Shown here: positions 58,874 to 64,000 of the stretch, piece after piece
How the letters are laid out: the number at the start of each line of letters is the position of its first letter
Position numbering within the stretch: the stretch's first letter is position 1
Source: Myxococcota bacterium
GTDB taxonomy: Bacteria > Myxococcota_A > Polyangia > Polyangiales > Sandaracinaceae
Assembly (NCBI GenBank): GCA_036149055.1
Contig: JAYZQJ010000009.1
Coordinates: 1-64,000, forward strand
Direction: 5' to 3'
Length of the DNA stretch: 64,000 nucleotides
The notes under the pieces: model-generated
Database searches by the model: none
What the model saw: only the letters and a program-made list of their open reading frames with translations
What the model was told of the DNA's origin: nothing
Position numbers and translations under genes: made by a program

Positions 58874-59281
58874 GTGAAACCCCGCGCGTGGGCAAGACGG
58901 CGGTGGCGTCTCGTCGCATCAGCGAGCGGCCTACTCGCGCTCGCGCTCTTCGCTTGGTTCGCGGACCCCGACTATCCGGGGCTCACGGAGGTCTCCCGGC
59001 CGTCTCGCCTCATCGGGCTCGAGGAGCGCGAGCTAGTGGCGGAGTTGGGCCCGCCGGACCGAACCAGAGAGTTCACGATGGCCGACTGTTGCACCGAGCT
59101 CGATGGGAGCCTCATGAATCACCTCCCACCGCGCGGGGTGAGCCCGGAGGACGCGGTGGTCCGGGTCTTCACGTGGTCTCGACTCAGGTACATGCTGACC
59201 GTCTGGACGTACCGGCACGACGAGAGTGGTTGGCGCGCGGTCGATACGATCGCTGTCGGGAATCTCGCACCCTCGTTCTGA
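58874..59281 (+). CDS. Hypothetical membrane-anchored protein
   Basis: N-terminal TM, LIG...ELV..LGPPD. Confidence 0.45.
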   Translation: MKPRAWARRRWRLVASASGLLALALFAWFADPDYPGLTEVSRPSRLIGLEERELVAELGPPDRTREFTMADCCTELDGSLMNHLPPRGVSPEDAVVRVFTWSRLRYMLTVWTYRHDESGWRAVDTIAVGNLAPSF

Positions 59282-59311
59282 TACGGCCCATGCCCCGTCG
59301 CAGCGAGTGGA

Positions 59312-59983
59312 TCATGCGAGCACGGTCGCGACGGCAGTCGGCACCGCCTCCGCGAGGTACCACTCCCAATAGGCTACGGCAGCCTCCCGCGAGTAGTCGA
59401 AGTCGGAACCCCACGGAAGGTCACCCGCCTCAGCTGCCGCCGCCCAGAGTGCGCAGTCGAACATGTCAGGGTCTTCGGGGGCCTCGACGTCCGCTCTCGA
59501 AATCCCGAGCTCGGGTCTGGGGACCAGTAGCTGTTCATCGCGCGCAATCGTCATCGCCCCGCGAGCGATCGCTCTAGCGGCATGGATGTAGTCGATGCCG
59601 TGGCGGCCTGCCGGACCACCGTCGCCGAGGTGGTTGTAGAGCGTGATCGCTTCATCGAGCGGTTGGACTCGGTCCCCGGCGCCATCAACAGCCGCGCGCG
59701 CGAGATCCATGAGAGGTGCGACATCGCCAGGGTCTCCGGCATGGTGCCGAGTCCACAGCGGGAGCGCTCGCTCGGCCACCAACAGAGACACTTTGGCCCT
59801 GATGCGGTGCCCCTGGGAGGGGGGCTCCTCCAGCGCGACGAGCGGGGGCGCGGGTGGACCGAGGGTCAGCAGCATCTGCCTGCGGCTGCGCAAGGACAAG
59901 AAGCCGTCCGGGCTCGCGTTGGCCTCCGCGCGGCAGGTCTGGCAAAGACGAGAGACCGCGTCACGAACTCGCTCACCTACCAT
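59312..59983 (-). CDS. Imm5-family immunity protein
   Basis: E.N.SPDG.LSL..R, ALPLW, DPD.FD.A..AA.A.AG, YW.WYL.EAV. Confidence 0.7.
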   Translation of the reverse strand: MVGERVRDAVSRLCQTCRAEANASPDGFLSLRSRRQMLLTLGPPAPPLVALEEPPSQGHRIRAKVSLLVAERALPLWTRHHAGDPGDVAPLMDLARAAVDGAGDRVQPLDEAITLYNHLGDGGPAGRHGIDYIHAARAIARGAMTIARDEQLLVPRPELGISRADVEAPEDPDMFDCALWAAAAEAGDLPWGSDFDYSREAAVAYWEWYLAEAVPTAVATVLA

Positions 59984-60097
59984 GGGACTCGAGTGTAGTC
60001 GTTGCGGTCGAGCTGACTCCCGAGCTGGTGGGGAAGCTCCTCGCGGCGCCGTCGACTGCTGGAGATGTTGCTGGCGCTCGAATGAGTCGGGCCGGTG

Positions 60098-60550
60098 CTA
60101 CTCGGAGCCGAAGAGCTTCGAGAAGTCAGGGTCCGACCAGGGCGAGCCCCAGGCGCACCGTTTCTGAAGCCGACGACTCCAGCCCCGCCGCTCATCTGCG
60201 GTCAGGAAGGCGACAGGGCGGTCGTCCTCATACAGAGCTGCGGCATGGCCGGTCGCGCTCCATCTCACACGCCAAGCGTGCTGAGCTGGCGAGGTACACC
60301 TCGCGTCGGGACCCACCACGTCGGTGGAAGCGGGCGGCGGACCTGGTCGTCGCTCGGCCACTCGTTCCGGCGGTGGGGCCGCCACGCGGTTGTAGACCCA
60401 GACGTCACCAACGATCTCCATCGAGTCCGGCGCCGTCAGGTAGAAGAACGCCACGACCCCGTCGTCCTCGAACACCGCAGAGCGGTGCGAGTCCTCGCAG
60501 TAGGAGGACACGAAGGGGTCTGAGTCTTTGGCTTGTGGAGGGGACCGCAT
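60098..60550 (-). CDS. DUF2251-like hypothetical protein
   Basis: AVFEDDG.VAFFYL, D.WVYN, WS..G..A, W..PW. Confidence 0.6.
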   Translation of the reverse strand: MRSPPQAKDSDPFVSSYCEDSHRSAVFEDDGVVAFFYLTAPDSMEIVGDVWVYNRVAAPPPERVAERRPGPPPASTDVVGPDARCTSPAQHAWRVRWSATGHAAALYEDDRPVAFLTADERRGWSRRLQKRCAWGSPWSDPDFSKLFGSE

Positions 60551-60570
60551 GTCTCGAGGCGGGGGCCTGC

Positions 60571-60918
60571 TCAATCTGAGGAGCGGGCGCGAAAACCACG
60601 GAGCGCGAAGTAGATCGTAACGTCGCCCGTGTTGTCGGTGAACACGCCTTCGGCGTCCAGCAGACGCCCGGCGATGATGAGGGCCTCCAGGGCTTCGGCG
60701 TGACCGGCGGGCCACTCAGCATCGACGAGCAGCCCCAGGTCATGCTCCTCCCCGAACGCCCGCACGCGCTCGAGGTCACGGAACGCCGCCTCCGGCATCG
60801 TCTCGTTCGCCCACCCCCAGAGGAAGGTCCCCTCTTGCCGAGAGCACGTCCCGAGCGCTTCGCCTCGCGACTCCACGCTGCCCAGTCCGTATCCGCCAGG
60901 CGGTGGTAGTGCCGTCAT
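60571..60918 (-). CDS. DUF6882-like protein, possibly 5'-truncated
   Basis: LGT....GTFLWGWANE..P, VRAFGEEH; short N-terminus next to the tRNA terminator. Confidence 0.5.
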   Translation of the reverse strand: MTALPPPGGYGLGSVESRGEALGTCSRQEGTFLWGWANETMPEAAFRDLERVRAFGEEHDLGLLVDAEWPAGHAEALEALIIAGRLLDAEGVFTDNTGDVTIYFALRGFRARSSD

Positions 60919-60991
60919 CCCGACCGGATCGTCCAGTCTCTTTCGACGTCCGCATCGGCGGAAGGCAGGCGACGCGGTCGTGCGGGCGGCC

Positions 60992-61028
60992 CAAAACGAC
61001 GAAGGCCCCGCCGAAGCGGGGCCTGTCG
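60992..61028 (-). terminator. Rho-independent terminator of tRNA-Leu
   Basis: AGGCCCCGC-CGAA-GCGGGGCCT stem followed by TCGTCGTTTT on the minus strand. Confidence 0.75.
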
Positions 61029-61049
61029 AAGTCCCTCGGGTGAGGGCGA

Positions 61050-61133
<84 letters not shown>

Positions 61134-61154
61134 GGGCGTATCGAAAGAGGCGGT

Positions 61155-61183
61155 GAGATACGTTGTGGAGGGGTCCCTGTCAA
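61155..61183 (-). promoter_or_regulatory. Sigma70-type promoter of tRNA-Leu
   Basis: TTGACA-N17-TATCTC on the minus strand. Confidence 0.65.
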
Positions 61184-61311
61184 GCAGCATCGACATGGCT
61201 TCGAAGGGGACTCCGAAAAGTTTTCATACCTCCGCACCGAGTGCAGCCCCGGGCGCTCGGGCAGGCGGTCCAAGTGGTTGAAATCACGTCCGTTACCTCC
61301 TGAGGGTAGGG

Positions 61312-61327
61312 CGGCCCGTAGATTGCA
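61312..61327 (+). promoter_or_regulatory. Sigma54 promoter of the minor pilin cluster
   Basis: CGGCCCGTAGATTGCA (GG-N10-GC). Confidence 0.6.
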
Positions 61328-61342
61328 GCAGCGAGACCCGCC

Positions 61343-61954
61343 GTGGTGCGTTCTTCCAAGAGACTTCAGCGTCGGGCGGGCTTCACGATGCTCGAGGCCC
61401 TGGTCGTGGTGTCGATCATCGCGATCACCGCCGCCCTCGCCGCGCCCGCCCTCAGCCGCTCGATGGCGGTGCGTCGGGCGAACGAGTCGACCCACGACGT
61501 GGTCCGGATGGGGGCCCTCGCCCGCTCCGAGGCCATGATGTACGGGCGGGCGCACCTGCTGCTCTTCCAGTCCGACGGCGACGGCGTGCTCACGGTGTGG
61601 CGCGGCCGCAGCGACCGGTGCAACGGCAACCTCTGGTTCGGCGGCACCATCGTCGACGCGCTCTGCACCCGGGAGCGAGGCTGCGTGGAGCGGCTGAGCC
61701 TCCAGGACCGCTACAACATGGGCAGCCACCACGTGGAGCTCGCGTCGACCGATGGCGTGGTCGGCCTCTGCTACCAGCCCAACGGCGAGCTCTACACGAC
61801 GACCAGCGCGTCCAACTTCAGCTTCACCAACGTGACCGGCGGCCGGACGGGGGTGCGCTTCTCGCTCACCCGCTTCGAGAACGGCTCCAACGCCAACGAC
61901 GTGGTCCGCTCCGTGGTGTTCCCCTACGGCGGGCCCCCGAGGATTCAGCGATGA
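61343..61954 (+). CDS. fimU: Type IV pilus minor pilin FimU/FimT-like
   Basis: Prepilin site AG|FTMLE, LARSEA motif, first gene of the cluster. Confidence 0.75.
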   Translation: MVRSSKRLQRRAGFTMLEALVVVSIIAITAALAAPALSRSMAVRRANESTHDVVRMGALARSEAMMYGRAHLLLFQSDGDGVLTVWRGRSDRCNGNLWFGGTIVDALCTRERGCVERLSLQDRYNMGSHHVELASTDGVVGLCYQPNGELYTTTSASNFSFTNVTGGRTGVRFSLTRFENGSNANDVVRSVVFPYGGPPRIQR

Positions 61955-62568
61955 CGCGGCGCACGCGACGGCAGCAGCAGCGCAGGCAGGGCTACACCCT
62001 CATCGAGGTCATGATGGCCATCGGGGTGCTCACCGCCGGCGCGGTGGCGATCATGGCGCTCCAGTCGGCGTCGACCCGCGGCAACATGGAGGCCCGCCAG
62101 ATGGGCACCGGCGCGATGCTCGCCCAGCGCTGGGTGGAGCGGCTCCGGCGCGACGCGCTGAACTGGACGCGCGGCACCAACACGGTCGACGCGCTGCTGC
62201 TCTCCCGCACGCACTGGCTGCGGAACGTGCCGAGCCCCGGCGATCCCGCCAACTGGCAGGTCCCCGCCGCCAACCCGGCCACCGGCGAGACGCCCAACTT
62301 CGACTTCTACGGGAACGACACCGCCACCGCGACCGAGATGCGCTACTGCGGCAACGTCCGCTACGAGTGGCTGTACCCGGGCCGCGCGATGCGCGCCGAC
62401 GTGCGCGTGTGGTGGGTGCGGAGCGCGACCAGCACCGGAGACCCGACGCGGGCCCAGCTCGCGAGCTGCGCGCCCGGCGTCGACCCGAACACGCTCACCG
62501 GCGACTTCCGGATCCGCGCCGCCTACGCCTCGACCGTCATCCGCTACACCCCGATGCCGGGGAGCTGA
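61951..62568 (+). CDS. pilV: Type IV pilus minor pilin PilV-like
   Basis: QG|YTLIEVMMA, MALQ, ADVRVWW. Confidence 0.75.
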   Translation: MTRRTRRQQQRRQGYTLIEVMMAIGVLTAGAVAIMALQSASTRGNMEARQMGTGAMLAQRWVERLRRDALNWTRGTNTVDALLLSRTHWLRNVPSPGDPANWQVPAANPATGETPNFDFYGNDTATATEMRYCGNVRYEWLYPGRAMRADVRVWWVRSATSTGDPTRAQLASCAPGVDPNTLTGDFRIRAAYASTVIRYTPMPGS

Positions 62569-62571
62569 GCC

Positions 62572-63777
62572 ATGATCCGCCGCATCCGAAACGCCCACCG
62601 CTCGCGACGCGCCGGCTTCACGCTGGTGGAGCTGATGGTGGCGCTCGCCGCGGGCGGGCTGGTCATCGCCGCGGTGTTCACGCTCGGCGGCGCCAGCGCG
62701 CGCCACTTCCAGGAGCAGCAGCGCGTGGGCGTGACCCAGCGCTCGGTGCGCATGGCGATGGATCGCCTGCGCCGCGACATCGCCCGCGCCGGCTACATGC
62801 ACGTGCCGTCGACGAACTCGCCGTTCGTCCGGACCTGCCCGGTGCCCGCGCTGCCCGGCAACCTCCCCGCGGTCTCCTTCGTGGACGACGACCCGGGCGG
62901 CAACGGCGCGCTCGAGGCGCTCAACCGCGGCATGAACCGGGTCAGCGCCGACCGGCTGCGGCTGACCGGGAACTACGTCACCGACGACGCGTACCTGGTC
63001 CGCGGGGTGAACGCGAACGGGACGACGGTCTTCCTGCAGACCGACTGGCTCGCCTTCCGCCGCGCCTTCACCCGCGACAACGGCTCGGGCGGGCGCGACA
63101 TGGACCCGGTCCGGTTCAGCGAGGTGTTCGCGACCGGCCGCATGCTCCACCTCGAGTCACGCAACGGCTCGCACTTCTTCGTGACGATCACCGGCGCCCG
63201 CTTCTCGGGCCTCAACCAGGCCGAGGTGACGATCACGCCCGGGCTCGGCGTCGACAACCCGTGCCTCGAGGGGCTCGGGCGAGGCGCGCTGGCCAGCCCC
63301 ATCAGCACCGTCGAGTACGCGATCGTGCCCGCGACCGGCGCGCTCGTGCCGCGGAACGCGAACGTGGTCGGGCCCAACACGGTGCTGCAGCGGCAGGAGC
63401 TCGACCCGGCCACGCTCGCCCCCATCCCCGGCACCCAGCGCGCGGTGCTGGAGTTCGCGGTCGACTTCAACCTCGACTTCGTGCTCGACACGAACCCGAC
63501 GGTCGGCAACCCGCCGAACCTCGTGCGGCGCGCCGGCGCGGCCGCCGCGGGCCCGATCGCGGCGACGCCGTGGCAGGTCCGCTCCATCATCGCCTCGCTC
63601 GCCGCGCGCACGCCCGAGCAGGACCGCCGCTTCCCCTGGCCGAACACCTGGTCGGGAGGCCGCCCGGCCGGCAACCCCCTGAACCGATTCCGCGTATTCG
63701 ACGACCGCGACGGCGCGGCCCGCGTCCGCCAGCTCACCACCGAAGTCCAGATGCCGAACATGGTGCCCCGCCGATGA
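62572..63777 (+). CDS. pilW: Type IV pilus minor pilin PilW-like
   Basis: AG|FTLVELMVA, Q..VR.AMD.L.RDI.RAGY. Confidence 0.8.
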   Translation: MIRRIRNAHRSRRAGFTLVELMVALAAGGLVIAAVFTLGGASARHFQEQQRVGVTQRSVRMAMDRLRRDIARAGYMHVPSTNSPFVRTCPVPALPGNLPAVSFVDDDPGGNGALEALNRGMNRVSADRLRLTGNYVTDDAYLVRGVNANGTTVFLQTDWLAFRRAFTRDNGSGGRDMDPVRFSEVFATGRMLHLESRNGSHFFVTITGARFSGLNQAEVTITPGLGVDNPCLEGLGRGALASPISTVEYAIVPATGALVPRNANVVGPNTVLQRQELDPATLAPIPGTQRAVLEFAVDFNLDFVLDTNPTVGNPPNLVRRAGAAAAGPIAATPWQVRSIIASLAARTPEQDRRFPWPNTWSGGRPAGNPLNRFRVFDDRDGAARVRQLTTEVQMPNMVPRR

Positions 63778-64000
63778 CCCGACGACGTCTCACCCGCAGC
63801 GGTCAGCCGCTCTCCCGCCGCGAGGGCGCGGCGATGCTCATCGTGCTGATGGTCCTGCTCATGACCACCGCGACGGCGACCTTCGCGATCCACTCGACGG
63901 TGATGGAGATCCGCTCGGCCGGCTATCAGCGCCAGGCGCTGCAGACGAGCTACGTGGCCGAGGGCGGGACCTACGCGGCCCTGTCGTACATCGACGTGAT
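63774..64000 (+). CDS. pilX: PilX-like minor pilin (partial, runs off the window)
   Basis: EG|AAMLIVLMVLL (no E5), SAGYQR..Q..YVAEGG. Confidence 0.75.
   Translation, partial: MTRRRLTRSGQPLSRREGAAMLIVLMVLLMTTATATFAIHSTVMEIRSAGYQRQALQTSYVAEGGTYAALSYIDV

Noticed and set aside
60537..60548. GGAGGGGACCGC resembling the half-site at 46392
   Set aside because: Short, lacks the GGAGTGAACTTGTG core, lies in the first codons of a CDS, and is expected by chance in high-GC DNA.

Overview
High-GC window, probably from a myxobacterium (Sandaracinaceae/Polyangia-like). This is inferred from the many lipoproteins with DAG/DSG-rich linkers, a Myxococcus-type Cys-rich repeat protein, multiple sigma54 systems and a T4aP minor-pilin cluster. 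The left part (1-29.6 kb) holds a sigma54-controlled YHYH-like lipoprotein operon with its two-component system, a class Ia nrdAB operon under a cobalamin riboswitch and tandem NrdR-like boxes, an MbnP/MbnH pair, a metal-related cluster (NHL protein, His/Cys lipoprotein, COG0523 GTPase, gloA) and a double-LuxR/flavoprotein operon. The right part (29.6-61 kb) is a mosaic accessory region ending at the 3' end of tRNA-Leu(CAG). It is rich in short immunity-type genes (SMI1/KNR4, Imm5, Imm33/DUF2185-like, YrhB-like), toxin-antitoxin-type genes (Fic, PIN with XRE-ImmA) and a CzcCBA-type efflux module with its own two-component system. The most striking signal is five co-oriented copies of a fixed-length ~46-bp site, GGGGGACGGAGTGAACTTGTGRRCTYRCGT-N9-GMCTAC, lying at gene-module boundaries. 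One copy carries a perfect 15-bp tandem duplication. Many genes in the region appear to have their own leaderless TANNNT-N6-start promoters. Together this suggests an undescribed gene-cassette or module-shuffling system whose recombinase is not in the window. The window ends in fimU-pilV-pilW-pilX. All product calls come from motif recognition by eye; no database search was run.
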